NCBI GenBank assembly: GCA_973895155.1
Contig: OZ316895.1
Span: 2,467,659-2,531,658 of the forward strand
Origin: Marsupella aquatica
Lineage: Eukaryota > Plantae > Marchantiophyta
Length of the DNA: 64,000 bases
Direction of reading: 5' to 3'
In this document: positions 12,700 to 24,042 of the stretch, piece after piece
Layout: each line of letters starts with the position of its first letter
How positions within the stretch are numbered: position 1 is the first letter of the stretch
Translations under genes and position numbers: made by a program
Notes under the pieces: generated by a model
Told to the model about the DNA's origin: nothing
The model's database searches: none
Seen by the model: the letters and a program-made list of their open reading frames with translations, nothing else

Positions 12700-13410
12700 T
12701 TGGGGACATTGAAGGGCCCTGGTATTCAGATTGAATTGGCTAGTGATGCGCCAATCTTTCGTAGACCATACCGTTATAGTGACATGGAGAGAGCTCTGAT
12801 TCAAAGCAGAACTCAAGATTTGTTGGAGGCTGGATTAGTGGAGATTTCATATGGGGAGTATGCATCTGCCACAGTGATGCCAGCCAAGAAGGATGTGCAT
12901 GGCAATTACACAGATAGGCGCATGTGTGGTGATTACAGACCTATTAATCGCCAGACAAAATCTGATCGATATGCCATGCCCACACCTGAGGAGATCTTTG
13001 ATGCTGTGGGGCATGCAAAGGTTTTCAGTTCATTGGATCTGAGGGCAGGATACCATCAGCTTCCAATTAGGCATGCTGACAGGTCCAAGACAGCATTCTG
13101 GGGGATTGATTCTTATGGCAAAGATCGTTTGTATCAATGGTTATTCTTACCATTTGGGTTGAAGAATGCACCAGCTGAGTTCCAGAGAGTCATGGATCGA
13201 ATCCTTGCAGGTTTGGATTTTGTCAGATGTTATATTGATGATATTTTGGTCTATTCTTCTACTGTGGAAGAACATCAGCAGCACTTGCAGACTGTGTTGG
13301 AGAGATTGAGAGCACATGGGTTGAAGCTCCATCATAGCAAGTGTAAGTTCTTCCAAGACCAGATTGAGTATTTGGGCCACACCATATACCCAGGGGGATT
13401 GGGTGTACAG
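12700..13410 (+). other. Reverse transcriptase domain (Ty3/gypsy type)
   Basis: RMCGDYRPIN, FSSLDLRAGYHQ, KTAF, LPFGLKNAPAEFQ, YIDD (13231), IEYLGH. Confidence 0.95.
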
Positions 13411-13659
13411 CAGACTAAAGTGGAGGCCATTACACAGATTCCTTGTCCTACTGATGTGAGTAGAGTTCGTGCATTCTTGGGATTGGCGAGCTACTACAGG
13501 AGGTATGTTAAAGGATTTAGCCAGCTTGCTAAACCTTTGACCATACTCACTAAGTTGGATCAGGAATGGATTTGGGGTGATGACCAGGAGCATGCCTTTC
13601 AGGAGTTGAAGCAAAGGTTGGCATCATCCCCTATTTTGAGAAGACCCATTTCAGGCAGA

Positions 13660-14020
13660 CCATTTCAGCTACACACTGATTAGAGTGGAGTAGGACTTGG
13701 AGCAGTGCTGACTCAGAAGGATGATGAGGGGAATGAGTTTGTTGTGGCTTATGCCAGTAGATCAAACAATTCAGCAGAGGCTAAGTATAGCTCTTATGAG
13801 GGAGAGTGTTTGGCAACAGTGTGGGCTGTTGCACACTTTCGTTGCTACTTGTTTGGTAACCCCTTCACCTTGATCACTGATCATCAGCCTCTTAAGTGGT
13901 TAATGGAGTCTGACAAGCTTACAGGGAAGCTTGCACGATGGGCATTGTTGTTACAGGAGTATGATTTCCAGGTGGTGCATAGGCCTGGAAAAGTGAACTT
14001 GGATGCAGATGGATTAAGCC
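13660..14020 (+). other. RNase H domain
   Basis: FQLHTD*S, VAYASR, YEGECLA, TDHQPL, ADGLSR. Confidence 0.9.
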
Positions 14021-14419
14021 GCAATCCATGTACCAGTCAACAGGATGAGACTGGAGCCAGATGGCATGATGAGTCAGATAGGGAGATGGTGCCAGGATGG
14101 CATGCATCTGCCTTTCTTTGTTGGGTGCCAGCATACAGTGGATCTGTGGACTCTACCTCATTGGATGGAGTGGATGATGAGTCTTCAGATGTGGATGTTG
14201 GTGAAGTAACTTCTGGACAGTAAGATATTCACAATGATGTGAGAGTGTTGGAATATCTACGCAATAGTTCTATTGTTGGCAGTGTTGATGCCAAGGAACG
14301 TGACAGGGTTCTACAGAGAGCCAAGAGGTTTCGATGGGAGGGAAACCATCTTTTGAGAGTACTGCATGATGGTAGGATGTTGGTGGTACCAAAACCATCA
14401 CAACGAGTACATTTGGTGC

Positions 14420-15480
14420 GACATGCGCACGAGGAGTTGGGTCACTTTGGTGTGAAGCGCACTTACAGCTTGCTGCAGACGCAGTATTGGTGGCGTGGTA
14501 TGCACACTCATGTCCAGCAGTTGATAGCTAAGTGTGTGGTATGTGACAGAGTGAGAGCATCATTTAATGCTCCCACTCCCTAGTTGCACCCATTACCGAT
14601 CATGGGTTTGGGATATCGTTGGAGTTTGGATTTTGCTGGTCCATTACCTCTTACCCAACGTCATAATCGGTATGTTTTGGTCATGGTGGAGCACTTCTCC
14701 AAGTGGATTGAGCTAGTGGCGTTGCCAGATAAAGCCAGTGGAGGAGTTGCTGCTACATTTTTGGATCGTGTACTCAGTCATTTTGGAGCACCAGCTGAGG
14801 TGTTGACTGATCAGGGAACTGAGTTCCGTGGAGAGTTTGAGAGTTTGTGTGAACAAGCTCTGATTGATCATCGCACTACCTCTCGTGATCATCCTAAGGC
14901 AGATGGATTAGCTGAGAGAGTTGTGCAAACTGTGAAGAGAGGATTGCGTAAGTATGGCTTGCAGGTTGGTCATCTGGGAGATTGGGATCTCCAGCTACCT
15001 TGGTTAGCTATGGGCTACCGTTTCAGTTGGCAAGCATCACTTGCATCCTTCTCACCCTACTTTTTGCTCTATGGTAGAGAGCCAGATTTGCCAGCAGCTA
15101 TTCGTCGTCATGCTGCACCAGTTGTGAACTTGGATGATCCTGATGTTTGGGTCAAGGTGTGTTCAGAGAGAGCACGGGTATTTCAGAGAGTGATGCCCAT
15201 GGCTTTTGACAACCTTGCCATTGCCCAACATCGTGATACTTTGAGGTATGTCACTATTCGTGGAGGAGGTTACCGTGCAAGCATTCGACGATTTCATCCT
15301 GGTGATTATGTTTATTTGCAGCAGACAACACCCACGACACTTGATGTGACCGCAGGCCGGACAATCTTACGTGTGCGTGAAGTGTTGCCTTCTGGTGTCC
15401 TGATGTTGGAGGGACGCGATGGTATGGTTTGGAAGGATCATGTGCGCAACTGTGCACCATGTCACCTTCCCAACATTGAT
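14420..15480 (+). other. DDE integrase
   Basis: HHCC zinc finger (HEELGH...CVVC); catalytic triad in WSLDF / TDQG / AERVV; 'SPYFLLYGR'. Confidence 0.92.
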
Positions 15481-15525
15481 GGTACAGTAGATCCAAGCTT
15501 GGCACATGTTCGTGCTGGCTTGAAA

Positions 15526-15660
15526 TGTATGTTGTGTGGATCTGCTCAGGGAGCAGCTACTATGTTGATTTGTGATAAGTGTTCTAGAGGATGGCACATG
15601 TCATGTTTGACACCACCATTGCAGGTGATTCCTAGTGGATCATGGTTGTGTCCTCAGTGT
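15526..15660 (+). other. C-terminal PHD finger (C4HC3) on the integrase
   Basis: CMLC...MLICDKCSRGWHMSCLTPPLQVIPSGSWLCPQC. Confidence 0.92.
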
Positions 15661-15830
15661 CGGTGAAGCCGACTAGTTATCATTTGTGTTCTCTTGGCAG
15701 ATATGGATTGCAGGTAGGTGATCGATGGGGCTCACTTGCACCCGGCCTCCTGATCTTCACACCTAAAAAGGTGTATATCAACCTTGTAGAACTCATGGCT
15801 AGCTAGAGTTAGGGGACCTTACTCCCAGCT

Positions 15831-15840
15831 AGGGGGGCGA
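15831..15840 (+). promoter_or_regulatory. Polypurine tract
   Basis: AGGGGGGCGA directly upstream of repeat B1. Confidence 0.75.
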
Positions 15841-15841
15841 T

Positions 15842-15977
15842 TGTGGGTTTTGGACATGTGTGGACATGAGTTCCACTTGTATTCCATTCTCTTGTATTTG
15901 TGATGTGGTAGTGTGACTATGTCTGGATGTATGTGACAAGCGATGTATGTTGTGTAGCGATATGTATGCGCACGACA
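15842..15977 (+). repeat. Repeat B1 (136 bp)
   Basis: Identical to 16311-16446 except C/T at 15891/16360 and T/C at 15909/16378. Confidence 0.95.
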
Positions 15978-15979
15978 GC

Positions 15980-16309
15980 TGTCACACCATTCTGAGTAGT
16001 GTAGTAGTATATCGTGCTATTAGAGTATGTACGTTTGGTATGAGTGCTATTGGAGCCGATAAGGTTCTGTCAGGTTTGTGTGAGAGGGTACTTCTCACTT
16101 GTGAGGCATTGAAAGGTCATCTTTCAATGTTGAGCCTTGGAGAGAGAGGAGCTTGAGTGTGGCTATGGTGGCTGTGAGCTCCGCTTGTGTAACGTGGATT
16201 CCTTGAGTAGTGCAAGGTGCGTTGGCTTGACATACGTGTGTGATCGGATCGGTGCGGGATCGATGGGGTATTGTTGACCGAGATCGTTGTGCCGATTGTA
16301 TGGAGATTA
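15980..16309 (+). repeat. Repeat A2 (330 bp)
   Basis: Copy of 6861-7190, separated from B1 by the dinucleotide GC. Confidence 0.95.
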
Positions 16310-16310
16310 T

Positions 16311-16446
16311 TGTGGGTTTTGGACATGTGTGGACATGAGTTCCACTTGTATTCCATTCTTTTGTATTTGTGATGTGGCAGTGTGACTATGTCTGGATGTA
16401 TGTGACAAGCGATGTATGTTGTGTAGCGATATGTATGCGCACGACA
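16311..16446 (+). repeat. Terminal repeat B2 (136 bp)
   Basis: Copy of B1, ends in GACA followed by TSD TCAA. Confidence 0.95.
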
Positions 16447-17159
16447 TCAAGCCATATATGAGAACAATATCTTGCAAATCCCTTCCTTTCCTTTTTCTTT
16501 GATTTTAATGGTTTTTAAACATAGTAACTTAAAATATATAATGAGTATTCCACTTTATTAATCTGGCTTGTCTTTGCAAATTTTCTTTCTTTCTACTATG
16601 GAAAATATTAATCTTTCAATTTTCTAAATTCTTGGGAAACTCTCTTGGTTCCTTCACCTCCCCACCTGGCCAAGATTTAAAGCCTTGTTGTCATCTTCTA
16701 GTTACAGTGGTCCATGGCCACACTCTCTGCCATCCATGCAACCTCCTCCTTACAGTTCCCTTCCATGTGACCTCCCTCATCTATCTTGTCTATTTTGCAT
16801 AGCTATTATACAATTGAATTGCAAACTGAACTACTTAAAACTCAATCCAAAACTAGTGATACCCTCAACACTAAATGTCTGTCATTGCAAAATTCATAAA
16901 ATCTACTCTTTCAAAGGCAAATCAGGAATAATGCATGAACAAATCCAAAATAGTACTATCTTCCTCCGAACACAACGCCTGGGCATTGTGTTCAAAAATG
17001 ACATTTTGGGGTCCTAAAAGCAAAAAGTGGTTTTTCTTCAAACACATCAACATTAAAAGTAACCATATTCTTGTAACTGCCCAAACAAAATTTCCAGAAC
17101 AAAAGAAGCTAAGGACCCTCCTCTCTCCTCCCTTAGCATCACGTGGTTTGATAATGGCC

Positions 17160-18030
17160 TTCAGGTTGGGATCAGTGAAGTGTCATCTGAGTGACACTCC
17201 GAATGCAATGAGGAGCTTTTGAGAACAAGACCATTGTCTCTAAACTTTCCCCATCCAAGAGATACGGAAAATTGAATGAGCTCCGCAAAATTGCTTCTTT
17301 GTCTTATAGATGTTGTTTGGTTGTATAGTAGGATATGTTGAAGCCAACAATTTTTGTCATCCGTACCAAGCAAATAGATGGACTTGTGATCGATACGGGA
17401 TTGCTCTTGTAAGTGCACAGGAAGATTGTCACAACAAATGAAGGAGGGCTTCCTTTGTAAGGGCGCAGGGCAATATAGTCGCACACCCAAGAGACTTGTC
17501 CTGCTAGAAACAGACAAAGGGTTAGAAGCATCAATGAGGGGTTGTAATGAAGGATTTCCTGAAGACAGGATGTGCATTTGAAACATTGGCAGCCTCATCG
17601 TTCAGCTTGTTGTGTCTCATTTTGTGACAAACGGTTGGAGATGGAGACGTCGTAAGAAATTGGGGCTACATGTCATGGAGCTGCCTGATTCTTTCTCATG
17701 CCCGTCACTTCTCATCAACACAATTTGCTATGTAATTTGCTTATCTTGTTCAGATCGAAGATGGAAGCTTTTCTGAGATGAAGACATGGGATGTTTTTCA
17801 ATTTGGATGGTTGTACTCACATAAGCTAGGCCTGCACGAGTTATAGTGCGTAGACTCGGTCTCAGTCTGCAATTATAATGCTCCTTCATTGTGGACCAAT
17901 GAATAAGAAATGCTATCGAGCATACAATTTTTAGTTGTGGAAGTTTTGCAGAATTAGTTTGGAGACTTCGATAGAATTCTTTGGCCACCAAGGTAATTAC
18001 AGGAGTCCAAAAGAGCATTAACTTTATGAG
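17160..18030 (-). mobile_element. Highly degenerate LINE reverse transcriptase fragment
   Basis: Translations 'GVRLYCPAP' (cf. GVRQGCPLAP), 'LLGTDD' (cf. LFADD) and 'FRDNGLVLK' in the expected order; frameshifted. Confidence 0.55.
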
Positions 18031-21000
18031 TCGGACAGCTGCAATCGCACCAGGCCCGGGTGCAGTTGTCTAGAGGATCGCTTGTTGTTTCCTACTGGGC
18101 TGTTTCCTACTGGGCTGTTTCCTACTTGCCTCTTATTGCAATGCATCTTCTATGTACAGCAATTTGAGACTTATTTCCCCTTTTCAAAAAGCTCTGGACT
18201 GAAAACTTTACTCGTGTGTGTGTTGAGTGGACGTGATGGTCCGCTTTGGAACGAGCTAGGGGGTCCACAAACTAATTTTGGCAATAGGACATAGATCCTC
18301 TTGGCTCTCTTGGCTCTCTTCCCTTGTGTAATTTCAGTGTGTTGAATTACCTACACATTCCCAAACACTTTCTTTAAGATATCAGTTCTGTATATGACTT
18401 TTATTCGTGCTTACACCATAAATTAATTTCCTAACCTTATACATGACACCTAAACTCAAACACATTGTCATTTTTGAACACAGCGTCACAAGTCCAAAAC
18501 CATGTGACAAAATTTGAACACAACGCCTAGGGCGCTATATTTGAATATAGCACCCCCCGGACCACTATTCGAATATAGCGCCTGGGCCTTGTGTTAGGGG
18601 GAAGACAGGAGGGACACAGAATTTTTATACAATCCCTACCGAAAATCAAGCACAATTTGCAATCCTCACCTAGAGGACTATGGGCTCTTTATTTAGAACA
18701 ACAAAGCATCAAGGAGCTAGAAGAACACTATGTTATGAGCAGGACATTTCTCTTTTTCTGGCTGGACACTAAGTTAAGAATTTCTTGGTAGGGACTGAAG
18801 TAAAAATTGAGGATCTCCTTATGGAGAGATGTCCAAAATGAAAGCCCTCTGGCCTTTCTCTATGGCATCTCAACGGTAGAGGCTAAATAGGCTCACTGCA
18901 ATTTAGTGGTGGGCCCTGAAGATCAAATTTAATTCACCCACCCACGAGAGCATGGAAACACTATTCAGGACTACAGTAGTGGTGTCTTATTTCGGCATAT
19001 TTTGGTCACCAAATTTGGTCCATTTGCTGATACAGTACACCAAAGTTTCCCCTCGACTTTAAAGGTAACTTTGGTGTCCATCGTCTTGAACAAATGAACA
19101 ATGGTTCTCTCCATTTGTGCTGGCTGGTAACCAAATTTGCCCTTCAAAAGCTACGGGTACACATAGTTACCATCAAACTTAGTTTTTCCTTGAAATCTTG
19201 GAGTAGACTGGCATAGGTAGAGGAGTGGAAAAGGGGGGAGGTCTTGGAAGCTTCCCCCTATATATGGCCAGTGCTGGTTTAATGACAACAATAGAAACCC
19301 AAAAGTCATGATTATTAGCTATATTCAATTATGAATTTATGTAGTTCAATGACAGTTTGGTTGAGATTCTAGTCTGAACTTTTTTTCCCAGAAAGTTCAG
19401 AAAACACCCCTTTTGTCGGTTAGTTGTCTTCATTTTCTCGTCACAAGATTAGAAACTACTAAGTAATAACCCTTTGCCCAGACCATCATTGTCCTATCTT
19501 AGAAGGGCGGGACCCAACGAGTTTCCCTGGAAACCCTCCTCTAGAATCTAATTGCCTAATCTAATCTAATTAAGATGCCGAAACTCCCCATCTGGACGGC
19601 TTCACCAAAGACAAAAGAACCAGGTGGGTTAGGGAAAGACATCCAGTGCACTACGTTCCAAATTACGTAACACTCCAGCTAAGAGTGTCGCGCTCCAAAC
19701 CCCCTGGTGTGGGCCACTTGAGTAGCCCGCACGGTCATATCCAGATATCCACTCACATACAGCTGTGAAACCCGAGGGCGGTTTCGTGGGGCCCGCAATT
19801 TCAGTCCATCCGTGCGAGAGAGGTTTAGAAAAACTACCATCCGAGCCTTTCGCAGCTTTGACCGTGCCGGCCTAGTAGGCAAACGCTTCGTGCTCAGTCT
19901 TCCTGTCCGCGACTCGGTCGTTTCTACACGGGTAATAAAACAAGTTACGATCAACGACAGCCGTCCACGATTACGATGGACTGTCCCGATCAGATCGGTG
20001 TCTGCATTAACCCGTCACGGAAATACGTAAGGTATTGCCGCTCCTCTCTTTCCGCCCCACTACACTAGGGGTGCCCGCGGGCAAAAAACAAAGCGAGGCT
20101 GGTCAGCCGTCCGAGACATCGTGGCCGTCCAGTTTTGGATCGGACGGGTGGTAGTCAGGGACCCGGTTTATCAGAGAATTGATTCTGACCGGTGTGGCAG
20201 GGAGGAACAGAGTAGAAAGGGGCCCATCCGTTCGATGCTCGGAATTCGCAAGAGTTCGCTCCGCTTCGTTGTCGTCGATGCTCGTCGTCAATGTTGGACA
20301 ATCGCCGCCGTTCGCGCAGGAAGTCGTCAAAAGTCGAGCTCGTGGGGGGCGGGGAAGCGAAGGTGACAAGTCCGCCGCAGTTCCGGGCCATTTTTCGCGG
20401 TCTTGGGCTTGGGGTGCTGCTGCTCATGAGGAGGTTCTTTACTCTATAACTTCCGTCTCTCCATGCTTGTCGGATGCGTGATGCGTGGTTGCTATTCAAG
20501 CTTATTACGGTACTCGTGAATGAATGAAGCGTTCGCCGAGGCAGTGAGTGCAATCGAGTTTTCCGTTCGTGAGCTGTCCGTGACGCTCGAATCGTCGGTT
20601 GATTCGGTTGTGGTGCGCACGGAGTGTGGATTGATTGTGAGTAGTTTGCCGTGTGGGATTTGATTGCTGGCCTAGTCGAAGGTTTAGGGTTGATGCGTTT
20701 ATTGCGTTTCATCTTGAGGTGAGAATGGTGTGCGTGGTCTTGCCGTGTGCTGTCTAGGAAATGGATTTGGGACGCCCTGTTTTATATGGTGTTAGGTTCC
20801 GCATCTGGTTTTCGATGATTTTAGTTTTCCCGCCATTGTGACATTCTTAAAATAGTTTTCCGACGATTTGGTGCCGATCGTCATCTTGTTGAAGGGGAGT
20901 GTTTAACTAGTGCCTTGATCGAGCACCGCTGTCGCGTATCGTTTGCGTAAAGTGTGCAAGTAGGAAAGTGGTGTTCACAAAGTCAGCAGTTGGCCGTCGT

Positions 21001-22020
21001 TTGAGTCATCTTCTGTCTGTCGTTGGCGTTGGCGTTGGCTTTTGACCTCGGCGAGGAGGAAGAAATCCAGCGCTATAATATTACGATAATATTACGAGTA
21101 GCTCGTAAGAACGTTTTTGGTTTTGGTCACGAGGTTTTGTTCCCTTCTTCGTTAAAATCTTTATCATGAACTCAATTTGCCACATCAGCTGAACCTCGGA
21201 ATCAATGTCTAATCAGCTGTCAGATATTCTTGTTGAACTGTGAGCAGGTGCTGCAGAGGACGTCGGTGACTTCGGTGGGCCTTTGTGGTGGAGGAGAAGA
21301 AACTGGCTATTAGGAAGTCTCCGTGGGGGCTTTGTAGACAAGGGCACGGAACCTGAGAGTCATCTCGGCACCAGTGTTTTAAGGGGGTAAAGGCACTCTG
21401 CTAGGGAATGCTGGTAAAGAAATGCCGTGGCGAAATCCCTCAACCGAGTACGCATGTAGTAGGTGGATGTCACGGGCCAGTTCACGCACGAGGTAGGGAA
21501 ACTCGGCGTCGATTCACCCTGTACCGTTGCTGTGTTTGGACTCGTTTGAGTCGACTATAATCGAAGTTGGTTTACGAGTTCGAAGCTGACGGTCAGCTTG
21601 TTCCGCTGGGAAGCACATTCATAAAAATACTTAGCATCTGTTTGTGACTCCAACCCTCTCGGATTGCCCACGGAAGCTGTGAGCAGGGACGAGTCGTTTC
21701 ATCATGACCAGGTGCTTCGTCCGGGGGAGTGAGCACGATTGACAGGAATGAGTGCTCAGCAGGATGCCAACCCTCAGTTAGCTTGCTGGTGGAGTTTATT
21801 CAGCTCGCCTTAGCTCATGGTCGATCAGAGGGTTTATGCGTATCCAGGTTACATAACCCGTCTTAGGAGCGAAAGCGAAGTACTGTGTTGGATCCGTGGG
21901 TTTAAGACTTGGTGGGGGAGGATTATTGTTTTGGGAATCTTCGTTCAGCGTGACGTGTGGTCTTCGCAAAGGAGAAACTCATGCTGGAGAAGAGCATGCG
22001 TGACAATTTAAGTTCGGGTA

Positions 22021-23280
22021 ATGCCCCTAACCAGCTCTGCCGTGGATGCTTTTGGAGTCACGACCCTGGTGCTCGTCATTTTGTTGTGCTTCGTGGGAGT
22101 ATTCTGTGTGGCCTACGTCCTCCACTTTCGATCAAAGATACATAAAGAGCAACTCCTTGCGTTGCGTGATTTCAATTCGCTATGGGTGGTACGGATTATT
22201 ATGATAATTTTTGCGACGCTATGGGGACTCGTGGAGCTTCTTCGACTTCCTTTGATGAGGAGACATGGATGGGTGCTGCACGACATGAGTTTCCAGTGGC
22301 AGGCAAATATGTGCAGGACGTACATTCTTTTGTCGATGGGTCTCCTGGAGCCCTGCTATTTTCTCTCAGCTCTCTTTTTGGTGCAGGGCTCGCTTCGAAA
22401 TGCTCCATTCACTCCGAGAGGACGTTGGAATGGGAGGGTGATCGGTTTGATATTGCTCTGCTGCTTGCCTGTGTTTCTTGCTCAGCTCTTTTTTGTAGTC
22501 ATCACTCCCAGTTTCGAATTTCGACAAGGGTATAAAGTGGACAACGAAGGTTACGATGGAACTCTGCCGTATTATTTTACTAGAGCATTCGAGGAATTGG
22601 AAGAGCCCAAGGACCGCGTAGCAGTTTGCACATACCCCCTCTTCAGCACCCTGTCCCTGGGCCTTTTTGGTTTCTTTTATAATATTTATTTCCTGTATTT
22701 GGGTTGGAGGCTTTTCTCCATGGTCATCAACAGAAGACTGCAACTGAGGGTTTATGGCCTTGTTATGGCGGTGGTATTACTTCTGCCTGTACATGTCATG
22801 TTTCTCGGACTGTCGGTCTTGTCCAACCCTAGTGAGCCCGTTTTTGAGGCTATGGGATTCCTGGGATTCCTTACTGTGCTCGTCTGCACCACTGTAGGAG
22901 AGGGTATTTTGGTTGTAAGACCCATCGCTGATGCATTAGCAGTGCGGTGGGTTTTTGAAAGCGACGAGCGGAAGAAGAGGGGCACGCAAGGTGAGATACC
23001 GATAGAGCCGATTCTAGTCTCACTATCCTCTCTATCAGTTTTTGGAACGGAGATGGATGAAGCAGCTATAGGTGCTAGGCAGAGTCTCCTGGGAAAGATT
23101 ACTGTTACATCTAATGATCACCGTTCAGATGCCGACTTGATGGAGGTTGCCCTCATGCCAGTGGGAAATTCGAGGATCTCTTCAGCAGATACAAATGGCA
23201 TACTTAACTCTCCTCCTGATTCGCCTGCATTACCCGGAAAGCCCTTTACCTTTCAACACAACCTTCATGCTCTAGTGTAG
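22021..23280 (+). CDS. Conserved plant multi-pass (about 7 TM) membrane protein of unknown function, 419 aa, intronless CDS
   Basis: Long ATG ORF with about 7 hydrophobic segments. N-terminus 'MPLT...DAFGV' resembles an uncharacterised land-plant family. Probable 5' UTR intron 20719(GT)-21247(AG). Confidence 0.85.
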   Translation: MPLTSSAVDAFGVTTLVLVILLCFVGVFCVAYVLHFRSKIHKEQLLALRDFNSLWVVRIIMIIFATLWGLVELLRLPLMRRHGWVLHDMSFQWQANMCRTYILLSMGLLEPCYFLSALFLVQGSLRNAPFTPRGRWNGRVIGLILLCCLPVFLAQLFFVVITPSFEFRQGYKVDNEGYDGTLPYYFTRAFEELEEPKDRVAVCTYPLFSTLSLGLFGFFYNIYFLYLGWRLFSMVINRRLQLRVYGLVMAVVLLLPVHVMFLGLSVLSNPSEPVFEAMGFLGFLTVLVCTTVGEGILVVRPIADALAVRWVFESDERKKRGTQGEIPIEPILVSLSSLSVFGTEMDEAAIGARQSLLGKITVTSNDHRSDADLMEVALMPVGNSRISSADTNGILNSPPDSPALPGKPFTFQHNLHALV

Positions 23281-24042
23281 GAGAGAAAACCTGGGCATCG
23301 CCTTGATCTTTGAAGCTTTTCAAAAGGTTTGCCTTGACATTGGAAGCCTGTTACGAGACACTTTAGTACCTGTAGCTGTTCTCGGCACTCGCCATCCTTG
23401 AGCCCTGAAAGTGAAACAGGCTGTAGATTATTGTTTGGACGGAGCGGAAGTAGGAGAATTGGCTGGAGAATTGTTCCCATACTGAAGGATTATTTCTCAC
23501 TCCATTTACCATAAAAAAAGTTAGTCAGATTGATGGCTCTTCATTGGTCAGTATCGAATTGTCTCATGTTACATCATCTTCTTTACCCAAAGGGAACAAA
23601 GAATGAGAATAGCCAGCAGTGATGACGGATTTCTATCAGAAAAATATACAGTGAGTTGCATTGCTCGTCATGCAGTCGGTACCCCTGATATCGTTAATTC
23701 TTGCAATTCTATCAACTCTTCTGGACATCGGTCTTAAGCCAAAGTCTTCGTCGGCGTTGTGACTCTGAAGGTGTCAACCCGTTTTGACTCTGTTTCTCAA
23801 TCCACCGGACTCCTTGATCGTATAATTTACAAGACGGTGAAACTTGATCGTTATTTCGTCCTAGTTTTGGCTTCCCGTGGATACTTGCACGCAACCACGG
23901 TGCTTAAGTGTGGGATTGCGGTTGCATTTGTTCCAGGTATTGGTATATTTGTCTTTTCAGCTACAGGAGTTGATATACATCTGTCAAGATTTTGCGTACG
24001 GTAGCTAACTTCCTAGTTCATCATCGTTGGATTGAAAGTGGT

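Larger units (their letters stand above)
8557..15666 (+). pseudogene. Single-frame Gag-Pol polyprotein (Gag-PR-DNMT-RT-RH-IN-PHD) broken by six in-frame stops
   Basis: ORFs starting at 8557, 11566, 12586, 13705, 14239 and 14584 share one frame. Stops are at 11563, 12367, 12538, 13681, 14221 and 14581. No frameshift seen. Confidence 0.92.
6861..16446 (+). mobile_element. Ty3/gypsy-type retrotransposon with split direct repeats (A1-internal-B1-A2-B2), encoding a DNA methyltransferase and a PHD-finger integrase
   Basis: Ends are TGTC (6861) and GACA (16446), flanked by TSD TCAA (6857-6860 and 16447-16450). Domain order is PR-RT-RH-IN. A repeats are 330 bp, B repeats 136 bp. Confidence 0.95.

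Noticed and set aside
6861-16309. Ordinary LTR element with LTR = A only
   Set aside because: A2 does not end in CA and has no TSD after it. The PPT abuts B1, not A2, and the TSD follows B2.
6861-16446. DIRS/Ngaro tyrosine-recombinase element
   Set aside because: No tyrosine recombinase ORF seen; it has a protease, DDE integrase, PPT and a 4-bp TSD.
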